From positions 40,010,415 through 40,074,414 of the forward strand of contig NC_068994.1 in assembly GCF_001194135.2 (NCBI RefSeq): a DNA stretch of 64,000 bases, read 5' to 3'. The stretch is from Octopus bimaculoides. Lineage: Eukaryota. Below are positions 41,990 to 56,600 of this stretch, one piece after another (position 1 is the stretch's first letter; each line of letters opens with the position of its first letter). Under the pieces are notes generated by a model, which saw only the letters and a program-made list of their open reading frames with translations, did no database searches and was not told where the DNA came from. Made by a program: the position numbers and the translations under genes.

Positions 41990-43645
41990 ACAAACATTAA
42001 CTCTAATAATTTTTTTAACTAAAATTTTAATTTATTTTATGTTTATAATTTGCATTTGAATGTTGAAAATTAATTTTACTTTTAATAAATTTCAATATAT
42101 CTTTTCAGTTTAATTTTTCAATAATAACAGTTATGGTATAGAGAATAAGTAAATAAACAAGCATAACTACTGTACATAGCTAAATGCATATGTTTAAAAT
42201 GTTTACAAAGTTATAAAGTCTGTGATTTAATTTCCTATTTCATAATTCAAAAAGTGTGTATGTACTAAAATAACACTGAACTTCCAACTTACCTCTACTC
42301 TGAGCTCCTAAAATAGTAACAGAAACTCTTACAACTTATCTTTTATAGAGAATTGTATTCCTTCTTCAACATACAATAAATTACACAATTTTCCATGCCT
42401 ATATTAAAATCATCTTTCCCTTGTGCAAAATTCAAGAACCGGGAATAAAATTGTGAATTAAAGTATAAGTTTATAGTGAATATTATGAGCTGTATTCCTA
42501 ATAATGAAGTTATCAGCCAATCTTCATTCAGCAGAGTTGGAAATAAATAACTGAATTTTGTATTTTTTCAGTTTTATTTTTGATTATTATTTTCAACTCA
42601 AGAATGGCCTTAGGAGAAATTTTATTTCAAGATTGTTGCCAAAATTTATTATATATTATGATAAAGCCTACAGAGTTATCCAAGAAAATTCAATAATTTC
42701 AAGAAAATTTTGTGTAACAATTGGCCTCTCTATGGAATAACAAGTAGGTTACTTATAAAACATTTGGTTTCTGAAGCTATATTTGGTATTTAAGAAAATG
42801 AAAGTAGAAAACAAAAACAAAAAATTCAGCATCTTTCATGAGATGAAAGAAGGAGTGTGACAAATTTGTGAATGTTGTTCTGAGGCAATATATGAAACAT
42901 TCATTAATTTAACTATATTACACATTCAACATTCCAATGACAACAAGAATATTTAAAATGGATATTTAAAAATTATTCTGCCTTTCAGTGTCTGAAAATG
43001 ATATTCCTGTGACCTTTGTGGAGGAAATAGTTTATACCTGTTACACAATGTTTTAACAGTACTAATCTTACATCTGTTCTGTTTTAGATATATACATGCA
43101 CACATGCATGCACACACACATGCATGCACACACACACACACACACACATACATTTATGCATGTATGTATAAATATATGTATGCACATATGTGTGTGTGTG
43201 TGTGTGTATGTATGTATATATATATATATATATATAGATAGATAGATAGATGCAGCATGGCTGTGTGGCTAGAAACTTCCTTCCCAACCACATGGTTCCA
43301 GCTTCAGTCCCACTGCATCGCACCTTGGGCAAGTGTCTTCTACTTTAGCCTCAAGCCAACCAAAGCCTCATGAATAGATTCGGTTGATGGAAGCGGAAAA
43401 AAGCCTGTCATATATATAGATATGCGTCTATTTGTGTGTATGTGTTGGTGTTTGTCCCCCAACCATTGCTTGACAGCTGATGTTGATGTGTTAGCGTCCA
43501 AATAATCTAGCGGTTCAGCGAGAATGACCAATAGAATAAGTGCTAGGCTTGCAAAGAATAAGTCCAAGGGTTAATTTGTTCGACTAAAGGTGGTGCTCCA
43601 GCATGGCCACAGTCAAATGACTGAAATAGGTAAAAGAATATATAC

Positions 43646-43677
<32 letters not shown>

Positions 43678-43711
43678 NNNNNNNNNNTATGTATGTATGT
43701 ATACATATACA

Positions 43712-43744
<33 letters not shown>

Positions 43745-43806
43745 GAATGTATGTTTGGATTTATGCATGTATAGGTCTATGTATGTATATGTGTGTGTAA
43801 GTATGT

Positions 43807-43858
<52 letters not shown>

Positions 43859-45228
43859 GTTTCATAATTTTCATTATGTCAACGTCATTTCCCATTTGTT
43901 TTTCATTTCATGTATGTGGTGCTAGACAAATGTATTTAACTGAAAATTTTCATTGCATTTATTGTACAAAATTGCAACATTGTGTATACCAGAGATTACG
44001 AATAAGCAGTTTCTTCCTTTACACCAGCAACACAATGTTGAAATGACGTAGTTTCCTGAAATATTTCTGTGTGACATTAAAAAGAAAACTCCTAACCTAT
44101 AATCATCAGTTTTGAGGTTGTAATGAAGGAAAGAAGAGAATGAATCCACACAACCATTGCTCTGCACATCTCTTCAAAATGAAAGAAACACTGATGCCAA
44201 AACCTAATGAAGCCTGTTTAATTTCGAAATACATTAACAATATATGAGTAGTTGCTGATGGTTGTTGTGTTACACTCAAAAGACAGTTTAGCTGGATACA
44301 TGATTACAAATGTAGGAAATAAGTAACTTGAGATTCAATAACAGTAAATCTAGAAGAATATTGGCACCAACAAATGGTGAGGCTATGATTGTGAAATGAG
44401 TTAGCTTAATAAGGGAAATTGCTTGCCACATTCGGTTTGAATCTGAACATGAAAGGTGTCAGGTCCTTAATCTGAATAGATTAGTAGTCAACTATCTGAA
44501 TAGCATAATTTGAACTATATCAAAAGTAAATAGAAATTGAAAAGAAGTCTGCCAGTAATATGTGGATATACAAGTGCAAATGTATGAAAATTTTTCAACA
44601 CAGGGAGAAACATATGTGCATGCATGTATGAGCAAATATAAGTATGTATGTGAGAAACAAATTCAGAAAGTTGTTTGCATTTCTATGACAAACCAGCCAA
44701 TATATTGCCTCTGGAAATATGCTAGTGTTGAATGCCAACAAATCAAACTAACGATATTCTATCCACTGAGTACAAGAGCAAGCTCATGAAAACGTTATCT
44801 CAATCGAATTAAACAAGAAATTCACTTTAATCAGATGTGTTAACTATGTTGTTTTTATCTGTTGATGATTGTAATGGAATCATCACATTAATCAACTTAG
44901 TGTTAAATTAAGCAACACCCATGCCCTACTATTCAAATCAAACTGCAATTGGCCTAAAACTATTAATATATCTGTCTATTTCTTAATCTTTAATTTACAT
45001 AATTCTTAACATTGAAAGAAAATTTAAATTTTATCAGAACTTTGCAAAATAAATACATAAATATACAAATAAATAAAATAACTAAGGTCTATACCTTTCT
45101 CTGACTATAAAACTCACACTTGCCAATGTTCCTTGGTCAATACAGTATTAAGCTTTATAGAGTTGAATAAAACTAACTTAATTTTGCCTTTGAATACATA
45201 CATACATACATACACACACACACACGTG

Positions 45229-45260
<32 letters not shown>

Positions 45261-45742
45261 CACTCACACATATATATAGATACATACTGGTAATACTGGG
45301 TACCACAAATGTAGGAGCAAGGAAACATCTATGTATTTAGCAAGAAGATTTTTATATTTAGACTTTATCTGGATGGTGTTATATCATTGTTAAAACTAGG
45401 GTATACCTGATGACTTTGTTACATGGTATTAAAGTAGAATACCTGAGCTTTATTTCTTTTTTATTTTTTTTTTATTGCTCATGAGTGACATGAGGGAAAG
45501 GCTACATATAATGATATAACTTGTTTGTGCTTGCATTCTTGGTTATAAGAAAATAAATTTTGGTGGGATGTTTTCACAAATTACATAGTAATAGGGTAAG
45601 ATATATATGTATATTAGAAATGGTTAAACTCAAAGTAGATAAAGCCTTCAAACTTTTCTATCAAGAGAGTTTTGAATTCAGTATTTACACACTATTATTT
45701 ATAGACTTATCCACTTTGAGTTATGCCATATCTATATATCTA

Positions 45743-45785
<43 letters not shown>

Positions 45786-46159
45786 ATATATATATATATA
45801 TATACACGACAGTCTTCTTTCAGTTTTCATCAACCATTTTCATTCACTTATATAAGTATATATATACAAAATGTGCTCTTTCAACAATGTTCTCGTTATA
45901 CCTTGTTTGTAACGTTTTGGTATCTATTCTAATTTGCAAGATTTACCATTTTTTCTTTTTCATTAAATGTGTATGATTTTTTTTTAAACCATTGTCTTCT
46001 CACAAAATATTAAAGAATCATTTAATTGCTTTATAAATCATGTATGAAAAAATGTAAAGCATTTACTTAAAAAAATAATAGAAAACATAAGGTACTATAA
46101 ATACATGAAAATATATATGTATCACAGAAAAACTGATGAAAGACAAACATATGGTCAAT

Positions 46160-46497
<338 letters not shown>

Positions 46498-46567
46498 CAA
46501 ACAAATACATGTTCTTAAAGCTGTATAAAAAATATGCTTGGCAAAACATGATTACCTGACTAAAGTT

Positions 46568-46839
46568 CTATGCATCCTGTATCTTTGGTACTGCTGGTAG
46601 TGGCTTGGAATAAGTGGTAAAACTGTTCTTTGTTGGTAGATTCCAGAGTTGAGGGTGAACATTGCAGTTTCCACTATTTAATGAAGTGGCTTTTTGATCA
46701 CTAAAACTCATTTTATTACCAACATTAGATTGACAAGAACTCTTAGCACTGTTTGTGGTACTACTAGATCTGCTGTATGTCTGAGGCAAAGATTTTCTGT
46801 CATGCAGCTGGAACTTTTCTGATTCATATGCTTTATAAT
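46568..46839 (-). CDS. Terminal coding exon (~90 aa, Ser/Thr/Asn-rich) of an upstream gene, probably the preceding tandem protocadherin
   Basis: Acceptor attcattttttttttgtag| at 46840/46839. Phase-1 reading (x)YKAYESEKFQLHDRKSLPQTYSRSSSTTNSAKSSCQSNVGNKMSFSDQKATSLNSGNCNVHPQLWNLPTKNSFTTYSKPLPAVPKIQDA* is non-repetitive and tail-like, on the same strand as the protocadherin. Identity as a protocadherin exon is inference. Confidence 0.7.
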
Positions 46840-46914
46840 CTACAAAAAAAAAAATGAATAAAAGCTGATGTGATTTAATAAACCATATTTCAAATGATGG
46901 ACCTCTTTCTCTTG

Positions 46915-46953
<39 letters not shown>

Positions 46954-47496
46954 TCTCTCTCTCTCTTTCTCTCCTCCCTATAATTTTCTCCACATCACTT
47001 TATTTCTATCTTTACCTCTTTTTCTGTGTCTCACATGTTGGCACATACACACAAATACAGAGTCCACGAAACCAGAATCTATTTTCTGTATTCCCAATTT
47101 TTATTGATTTTCTCATCATTCATCAACAAAGAAAAAAAAAACCGACCCCAAATCAAAAGTTCAAAAGATGAGAGAAAATGAATTATTCATCAGTTATGTG
47201 GACACCATCAACATTGCAGGCTGACATTATAATGGAACTCCAAAAGCATGTAACACCATACACTACCAGTGGATCACCAGCATGGAAGTAAAATGCAATG
47301 CTATAATATGAACAGAAGGTCAGCCTAATATGAATATTTTGATATGATAACCAGATATTTTACCTTAAAGTTGCACAACATTTATTTCACTTAATTAAGT
47401 CATTTGGAATTCTAAAAACGATATCTTGCAACAGCATAATTTTACGTTTACCATGTAGTACATTGTATCTGTGTGCTTGTGTGAATCTGTATATAC

Positions 47497-47532
<36 letters not shown>

Positions 47533-50110
47533 ACAAACACACACACACACACACATGTACATACATATATGTGTGTGTGTGTGTGTAATATGTTACATGG
47601 TAAAGATACTGACTCTGTTTCTGTAACATAACTGAATAACAAGCAGCTTGAATCTCTTCTCCAGAAAAATTTAAAAAACACTATCTCAAGCCATCTAAAT
47701 TATTTGATTTGCAGGATTCTAGGGTGTCATATGATAGCTAGGAAACATTCGATGTGTTTGAAGAGAAACTGTTGAAAACACAACTTAAAGATTGTTTAAC
47801 AATAGAATCACATTAAAAAATTTCTGAAAAATCAGCATTTATGTGTGAAATATTATACTTAAAATAAAACAAAAACAGGGACCACATATGTCTTCTGAGT
47901 AAAAGTCAGAACTGTGACACCAACTGTATTGAGATACATTTTAGGGGAAAATATGAGAGATTATGCTGTAAGATAAATCTAATTCAATTCAAACAAAAGT
48001 GTCTCCCATATTTCGCTTTCTAAGTGAAAGATAATTTAATAGGTGAAAATAAAGATAAGATATTTACCAAAGGAGATAAACCCATGTGACAGATTTTAGC
48101 ATAGACTTACTGTTTCCAGCAACATCTAGAAGCCTAATTTTTTTTTTATAGTTTCCAAAACTATTTGAAAATAATTGGTTTATTTCTTTAGAACAAATGA
48201 ATATTTCATCTCTAAATAGCTCGTAACTAGACACAAAAGTTTTTCATGACAGCAGTGCGCCTGCATCTCTTTAAGTAGTTATCATGCAAGAATGCATTTG
48301 GCATAAAATACTCCTCTTTCTCAATAAAACTTTCTTTATGGTTCATAATTAAGTCTTTGCCCACTCCTATAATGAGCCCTGAAACAAATCTTTAGACCTT
48401 GTTAGTTGCATCCCACATCTAGCAGAACATAATCTGTTTACTTCCCTAAATACTGCACCAATTATTAAATGTAATCATTTATTTTGATAGCTGCATTCTT
48501 GCATTAACTACACTTATCTTACTCAATAATTCATATCTATCTGTGTCCATAAGATATAATGACATGTGATAAGGAAAAAGTTTTTTCTTCAGACAATGAC
48601 TGTGAAATAACTAAATTGTCTTTACAATTAAATGCCATTCTCTCATAATTCCTGCCTGTAGATATTGTTGACAAGCAAATATAAAAGTGTCTTAGTCTCA
48701 ATTCTTATTAATAAGACTAATAATTTTGATACATTTATAGCCTATTACATTTCTTGTTGAAACTTGTGAAAACACAACAGAAATCGCTACATATTGCTAA
48801 CTTTAAAAGACAAACATGAGAGTAAACTTTAGCATAAACTAACCCATCTAGATTTGACTCATGCATTTTAGGATCATGAAACCTAAGGGTAAAATGGTAA
48901 ACTCTAGAATCTAAAGAAACTTGCTGATGGTCCATGTTAGCATCAATTAGTCTATAGGAGATTTTGTTTTTTTAGAAGAGTTGGATAAGGTCAGTTGCCA
49001 CAAGTGAAAATATAATGTTTCATGTACTACTTCCTTATTGGAGAGTGAGAAGGGAGGAAGTAGTATAGTCACTTTTTTATTACCTTTTAATCAGGAGGGG
49101 TGGCATAATTCATGAAACTATTACATGGTGTATGAGAGTGGTGGATGGGAGGAATAAAAATATTCTCAAAATCAGAGACCTGTCCTGAGTGCTTGCAACA
49201 AATAGACTCCACTAAAGGTTCTCAAATGATCAGGAGGTGGTATTATACCAGGCAATGGATTAAGCCTACCAAACTGTGTTGCAGTTGAGTAAAAACAGAG
49301 CATCATCTTTAATTACTGTTATGTAAGAAATTTTGCTTGTCCACAACTTGTGTGTCAACATCATTTTTTCTCTATTCTTTACTCTTATACAAAAGACAAA
49401 GGCCTGAAATGAGAAGATTTTTTTTCACTTCTCATTGAAACTGAACTTATTGAACTCTTCAATAAAATATCCCAAGTGGCGTAGATTATTTTCATAAATT
49501 TGAAAGCAAATGCAGTTCAGAAATCTAAAATTCATAGAGAGGTGAATTTTACAAATAAAAATGTACACCAGATACTATGCAAGAATAGAAACAAACTAAA
49601 TAAAAAACATTTAGCAAAACTCAAATGATGTGTTCGAAATAACTTATGAATAAAATAACATTGTGCCATAGAAAATTATCCATTTCATATCTATATAAAC
49701 AAGTTGAAGATGACAGAGAATTGTTGATAAAAAATTAAATATGGCATTCTATAAATATCAACTATAACAATAACAACAATAAAATGAAGAGTCAGATTAA
49801 CCTACTTGAGAACAAATTTGAGGATATGAAAACTCTTCTTGATGCTCTCAGAGATATGATGAAATTATTAAAGCTTTTTTTTTTTTTTTTGCAATATTAC
49901 GACTATATTCAAAGTTTTCAGATACACTAAAGGATAAATGTGCAATATCCATGTTTAAATGATAGCATTTTACTAACAAAAGGCTCTTGTATTTGGTTCA
50001 ATGAATATCTATAATGTACACTCCTGAGATACTAAATAAATAAACATAACAATTGTAGCATCATATTGCTTTTTAATTTGTATTAAATAACAGCTAATTT
50101 AGATAGTCAA

Positions 50111-50177
50111 AAAGAAACTCAAAGAATGATCAAAGAAACAAGAATGGTCAAAGAAACAAGAATGGTCAAAGAAAAGA
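50111..50177. repeat. 18-bp tandem repeat (caaagaaacaagaatggt), ~3.5 copies
   Basis: Two exact copies at 50131-50166 plus degenerate flanking copies. Confidence 0.85.
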
Positions 50178-52421
50178 AGAAATGTTTTGCCCCACTTCAG
50201 CCCTTTATTCATGAGAAAATGAAATAGAGTTTACATCACTATGCTTTTCTTTTTTCACTATTGTGTTAGACAAGTTCAAAGGTGTGAAACCATCATAATT
50301 TCATTAAGCAGGACAATTTATCCACTGCCTTTACAATCTTCAGTCTCCCTACCACATGACAGACACTGCCTTAAAATAGTGGGTCTGTTAAGCCAAACAC
50401 AAATAAATCACTTCTAATACTGTAGAATAATTCTTTAAATATCCTTTTAATTCTCTCTTGCTTTGCAGATCACACACACATACACATGCATGCACACATG
50501 CAAGAAACCTATTCTGCCCTTGCCCCATTTTCTCTCATACTCTATGCCTCTCTACTCCTCATCTAGTATAAAGTACCCCCTCCATGGTATAAAGTACCCC
50601 TTTCATAGTTTTGCAAGCTGTATAGTGCCCCCACTAGAGCTGATGGCATGAAAACAAGTACCCAGTACATGCTATAAAGTGGTTGATGTTAGGAAAGGGA
50701 TCCAGACTTTAAAAAAAACATGTCAAAGCATACACACACTGAAGCATGATGAACTCCTTGGGCCAACTGGATCCTCTCAAACTATCCAATTCATGCCAGC
50801 ATGGAACATGAATATTAAATGATGACAATGATGAAGATGATGATGATGATGACGGGGGGGTGATGATGATGACAACGATGATGATGACGACGACGATGAT
50901 GATGATCTCAGACAGAAAAATTGTCAAATACAGTAAAAGAGTTGCAATGTCAATGCAAACATTGCTTCCACATTCTGTACCAAATTACCATTTGCCTTCA
51001 GTTAATAAAAACACAGTAGAAATAACCAAGTATCAATCAAGTTCAACATGGAGATTTCCAGAGCCATTATTGTTGTGATTGTTATTTAGTTCTAAATCAG
51101 CCCTGATCAACAAAGGTATTCAAATCATGACCATTTGTTTTTCCAGTTTTCAGGCAAAGTATAATTAGCCAGAGAGTCCTTTTGCTTCTAAGATGGTGCA
51201 GTGTGATTTGACATAGATTCGGTAGCTATTCTGTCATGCTAAACAACCATTTAGAGATTTCTTGTTTGGTTTGCTTCTTGTAATGTTGAAACCATAAGTG
51301 CAGATGATAAAACAGACCATACCAAAGAGTCATTGCAAAAGATGCAATACATCTTCATAGTAGAAAATCAACGAGCTGGTATACATAATCATTTATCTAT
51401 TACATCATTCTTGAAACATTATAAGTATATATATACGCATATTGAGTTTCATATTTAAGTCTATGTGTTAATGTTTTGGAAACCCTAGAATCACAAAACC
51501 AAAACTTTAAAATCACTAAATTTAATTAGAAAATATCAAATAATCCAGAGTTTTATGATCTGAACAGATGTGGAGAATATTATTCTTTACAATTCCCAAC
51601 AAAATGAGTTACAACAGTGTACTGTTCATGCATGTCTAAATTAACCACATCCAAAAACAATCTACCTATGTGAAATGATTTCAGAATAAAAATGAAACAA
51701 AATGAATTGCATTTAAAATGACTTGTTTAATCTTCTTTTTATAAAAGAATTAATAACAAAATGATTATAATTTTATAAAGTATTTTGTATCAATCACGAA
51801 ATATCTTCCTTTTCCTACTGTTTAGTGAGAATAGTTCACGTTTTTTTTCTTTTCAGAGTAGAAGTAATTATTTATTGTTGAACACAAAGCATACTGTGAA
51901 AGTTTAAATCCAGTTTAACGTTTAGTATTTTGTATTGTATTTATGAAAATGTGTCTTTATTTCCTCCCATCATGTGTATTAATCTTTAATGTAAAGCACA
52001 GAGTGAATGTTTGAATCTAATTGAAGTATTCTATTTTAAATTGTTGTTTATTTTTTTCTTTCCTTTTCACCATCTGTAGATGCATGTTTCATCATCATTA
52101 TATTTCATAGGTGCAGCTCATGGACAATTAATGAATTTAAGTCAAAGTTAAGTTTTACAAAAGTAGGCGTATGAGGAAAATTGGAATGAAATTGTGGTGT
52201 GGTTAAAAGATACATACTTCTACCAAGCTGGATGGGCTTAGCAACATTTAAATGTTTTCTCTGAAGAAGTTCATTCAAATAGGTCAAATTTGGGGCAGCA
52301 AGTTTATTTGTGGCAGCATTTGATGGCTAGATGTCCTTGCTGTTGCCAACCTTATTTGCTTTCCAAGTGAGGGATTTGTTATGGCACTGGTCTTTGAAAG
52401 TGTACAGTTACTGGTCATATC

Positions 52422-52452
<31 letters not shown>

Positions 52453-53329
52453 TCAAATGAACACGTGCAATGCACACACATGCACACACACACATGCACA
52501 CACACACATGCACACACACACATGCACACACACACATGCACACACATNNNNNNNNNNCATGCACACACACACATGCACACACACACATGCACACACACAC
52601 ATGCACACACATATGCATGCACACATATGCACACACACACACGTTTGTATGACAGGCTTCCATATACTTTACATCTGTCCATTATATTCACAAGGGCTAA
52701 AACATTTTTTACCTTATACTAACGGCTGAAACTGGCCTTGCTTGATTTTATCATTGCCTACAATAAATATAATTTCATATATTCATTGTATTTAGATTTT
52801 TTTTTTTTTTTTAAGTAGAAGACACCTGATCAAGGTATCTTAACCACATATCCATTTGATTAATTTAAATTCCAGGATCTTTCCCTTTCCTTCCCTGATC
52901 AGAATCAGTCATTAGAATAATGATTATTTTTTACCTCCTTCACTATGATTTGAATTAATTAAAAATATCTTGACTCACTAAACTGCAAATATTTCAGTCA
53001 CTTTTCATGCTATAAACATTCCTCGATAATTTCCTTCTATATTTTAATCCCGCCATACAAGTTTCAGGATACACAAAAGTATTTTGACACTTAAAGATTG
53101 ATGAAGCAGAATCATATAAAGGATATTTCAGGGTACAATCATCATTCTTACAGCTGGATGCCCTTGCTAACACCAACCACTCAGCAGAGTGGACTTAGTG
53201 ATTTTATTTGGCTCAAGCACATTTATAATCTATATTTGTTCCATGCTAGCAATAATGATTTGAATAATTTCAGAAGGTAGTAAAACCATCAATGACACTC
53301 CAATGGTGATGATAATGAGAGTTCCAGCT

Positions 53330-53622
53330 GATCCAATAAAAGTAACAGCTTGCTCATGAAATTAACACGCAAGTGGTTGAGCACTCCACAGACGCATGTA
53401 CCCTTAATGTAGTTCTCAGGGAGATTCAGCATGATACAGAGTACGACAACACCAGACCTTTGAAATACAGTTGCATAAAATTTTTGCCAGCTGAGTGGAC
53501 TGGACTGGAACAGTGTGTGATAAAGTGTCTTGCTCAAGGACACAATGCATCACCAGGAATTGAACTCAACACCTTACAATTGTAAGCTGAACACCCTAAC
53601 CACTAAGCCACACACCTTCACT
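53330..53622 (-). mobile_element. tRNA-derived SINE family C
   Basis: Minus strand begins gtgaaggtgtgtggcttagtggttaggg...gagttcaattcc (A/B boxes), then gtccttgagcaagacac. The same head occurs at 57350-57646(-), 61900-62227(-) and 16700-16960(-). Confidence 0.8.
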
Positions 53623-56600
53623 AAAGCTATCAGTACATTTTGCAGAAAGACAAAATGAAAACTCTTAGTCAAATGTTCAAAAATATTTTGCTGTAATTTC
53701 ATTGAACATTTGCTGTTTGACATTAGAGAGTAGTTTTAATAGTTTCTGGTAATTCATTAAGCTTTTTAACACATAAAATTACGTATCTAATACATGAATA
53801 AAAATCTATAATTATAGTATATAATTAGATAAGTTTTTTTTTAATATCTAATCTATTGTAGAAGTAATACGAAAATAGTTACTAGTTGACTTACACACTG
53901 CCTGTATATTTGCAATATGTTGAGAATGTTTTTGGATTATGTAGAAAGAATACACAAAGTATATTTGAGAGAAAAAAAAAATGAAACAAAGCTGTAAGAT
54001 AAATATATCAATATAGTTATGTTGTATGTGCAGTATAATTTCAGGAAAGAATATTTCAAAACTGTAAGCCTATACTGAAGCTCAAGATAGAATAAGGACA
54101 TGTTTTTCTGTAGATAGAACTGTTTGTACAAACAAATAAAATAATATTTAAAAGCAAAGAAGAAATCCAGCAGACTTAAATGCATCCACTTCAGCATTGT
54201 TGGTGCACTTAACAGTTAATCCCCAATATGTTGCCTTTTTAATCAGTAGTTATATGGCGGTCAGATAGTATCATTTGAAATTCTAGCTAGAAAGTGCATT
54301 AAGCCTAAGTTAATAAAACTTTTGCTTTTGTTGTTTTTTAATACTAGTTAAATTGTTACTTTNNNNNNNNNNNNNNNNNNNNNNNNNNNNNNNNNNNNNN
54401 NNNNNNNNNNNNNNNNNNNNNNNNNNNNNNNNNNNNNNNNNNNNNNNNNNNNNNNNNNNNNNNNNNNNNNNNNNNNNNNNNNNNNNNNNNNNNNNNNNNN
54501 NNNNNNNNNNNNNNNNNNNNNNNNNNNNNNNNNNNNNNNNNNNNNNNNNNNNNNNNNNNNNNNNNNNNNNNNNNNNNNNNNNNNNNNNNNNNNNNNNNNN
54601 NNNNNNNNNNNNNNNNNNNNATATATATATATATATAAATACGTGTGTGTGTATACATATGACACAAGCAGTTAAAATATGAAAACATCAGTCATGTACT
54701 CTCCACAAACGAAAGTCAAACTTCAAAGGTTAATTTCACAAACTTTTGGAGGGAAAAATACAATGCATGGTTGTAAATGTTTTCTTCAGCTAGAAATTCT
54801 ATGATTTGAAACCATAGATCTCCACATATATTATTGATAAATATATTATTGACCAACGCTTCAGGTTTTATGCATGATAATTAGCATAACATCTGTGAAT
54901 TTTATATTACTGATCTGGTAAAACATGTTTAACTATTATTAAAGGATTTTAACATATTAATTAGTGACATAGAAAACACTTGCCAAACGTAATGTTATAA
55001 AGAATGCAGTTTGTCAAAATTGATGTTTCTCTATAGCACTTAAGGATTGTGATTACAGAAACAGTGTGCAATGTTCACAAGCATCTTTAATCACATACCA
55101 GTAGCTATAGCTGAACTTGCTTGGGTTTAACAATATCTAAAATATATAAATAATCCTATGAATTCACTATATTTTGGATAAATTGTTTTAGAAAGATGTT
55201 ATCTTCAGCTGGTTAGGGAATGGTAATTCTCTCTGAATTGTTGTATCCAAACAAATTAGAAGATAGTTCAAAACGAACTACATAAAATTACCCCAAAATA
55301 GTCAAATAATTTTGATATCATATTTATTTCATTTCCGAAAGCATTACTATTTATAGAATAAAAAATACATAATGCTTTACAAACTTCCTCTAAATTAGCC
55401 ATATTTCTAATCAATAATTTACTTCAGTATCCTTTGCATTATCACATATTGTATATATATTAGATTTTTTTTTCAGTATGGAGCAGAGATCAAGTTTCAG
55501 AAATCACACAGCCTATGACTGTCTCCTTGAAAAGATGTCACTATATAATTTTTTTTTTAAATCTTGACCTGCAACTTACAACATGCATACATTCACATTT
55601 ACATATTAAGAAGATTATCCAATTCTCTATTTTCAGAATTAGTAAGTAGGATGTGTTTGTAGTCTACATATAACAAGAGTTTTACCAGATATGATGGGTA
55701 ATTCTGAACATGATTCTCAGAGAATTTATTTTTCTGACATGTTGATTTATTTTTGACATTCTCTGTCTCACTTATCTAATGCTTTACTTTTATTCCCCTA
55801 CTTTTTCTTAAAATAATTTACAAAATGGAAGATTTGGAGAAGTGTTAGTGGTGAAGTGGCAAACATATGCCAAGAAGACCAAATCCAGCTTACAGCAATT
55901 CTAAGTCTGGCTCCTTAGCTCAAGTTCATATTTTTTAACATTAAAAATTTTTTTTTTAAATTTAGAATATACTATTCAATATATACTGCTATCTTGCAGT
56001 CAAAATTAGAGTTCAGTGATGATTAGCAGTAATTTCAGTGAGTCATATCTGCATCTTAGTGCAACTAATGAAAATGAAATTTATGAATCAATATACTGAA
56101 AGATGCGACCTGTTTGCCCTACACTTTTACTCTACAAGCTAAGCCAAATGGAAAGTTTTTTTCCCAATTTACACACTTGTTCATCCAAATAGATTTTATT
56201 GATATGAATGATACTGAAAGTTGTTGCATCTGGAACAGGATAAGCTTTCTGTAAAGTGTTAGTATTTTCAAAAAACCTATATATTTGGACAATTTATATC
56301 ACTGCACTTATATCAAGGGCTCTTGTTGTTAAAAAAATGTATATAGACACAGGCATTTGGTAAGAAGTTTGTTTCCCAACCACATGGTTCCAGGTTCAGT
56401 CCTACTGTATGACAACTTTGGCAAGTTTCTTCTACTGTAGCCTCAGGCCAACCAAAGACTTGTACATGGATTTGGTAGGCAGAAACTGAAAGACACCTGT
56501 TGTGTGTGTGTGTCCTACCCACTGTTTGACAACCAATATGGCAGTGATTACATCCCCATAACTTAACAGTTCAGCAAAAGAGCCCAATAGAAAAAGTACC

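Noticed and set aside
46840-46993. N-terminal MEKIIGRRERERE... part of the 141-aa ORF
   Set aside because: It is an intronic (AG)n microsatellite upstream of the acceptor at 46840; only 46839-46568 looks exonic.
49784-49875. Short plus-strand coiled-coil-like reading MKSQINLLENKFEDMKTLLDALRDMMKLLK
   Set aside because: About 30 codons running into poly-T, with no splice support or recognisable family; probably TE debris or chance.
52197-52330. Coding-looking minus-strand stretch (PSNAATNKLAAPNLTYLNELLQRKHLNV...) ending at a possible A|GTATGT donor
   Set aside because: It has no credible polypyrimidine acceptor and no recognisable homology.
55099-55136. 38-nt minus-strand segment with good acceptor (tatattttag|) and donor (|gtatgt), reading ILLNPSKFSYSY
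   Set aside because: It is open only in phase 0 to 2, which does not fit the phase-1 terminal exon at 46839, and there is no other support.
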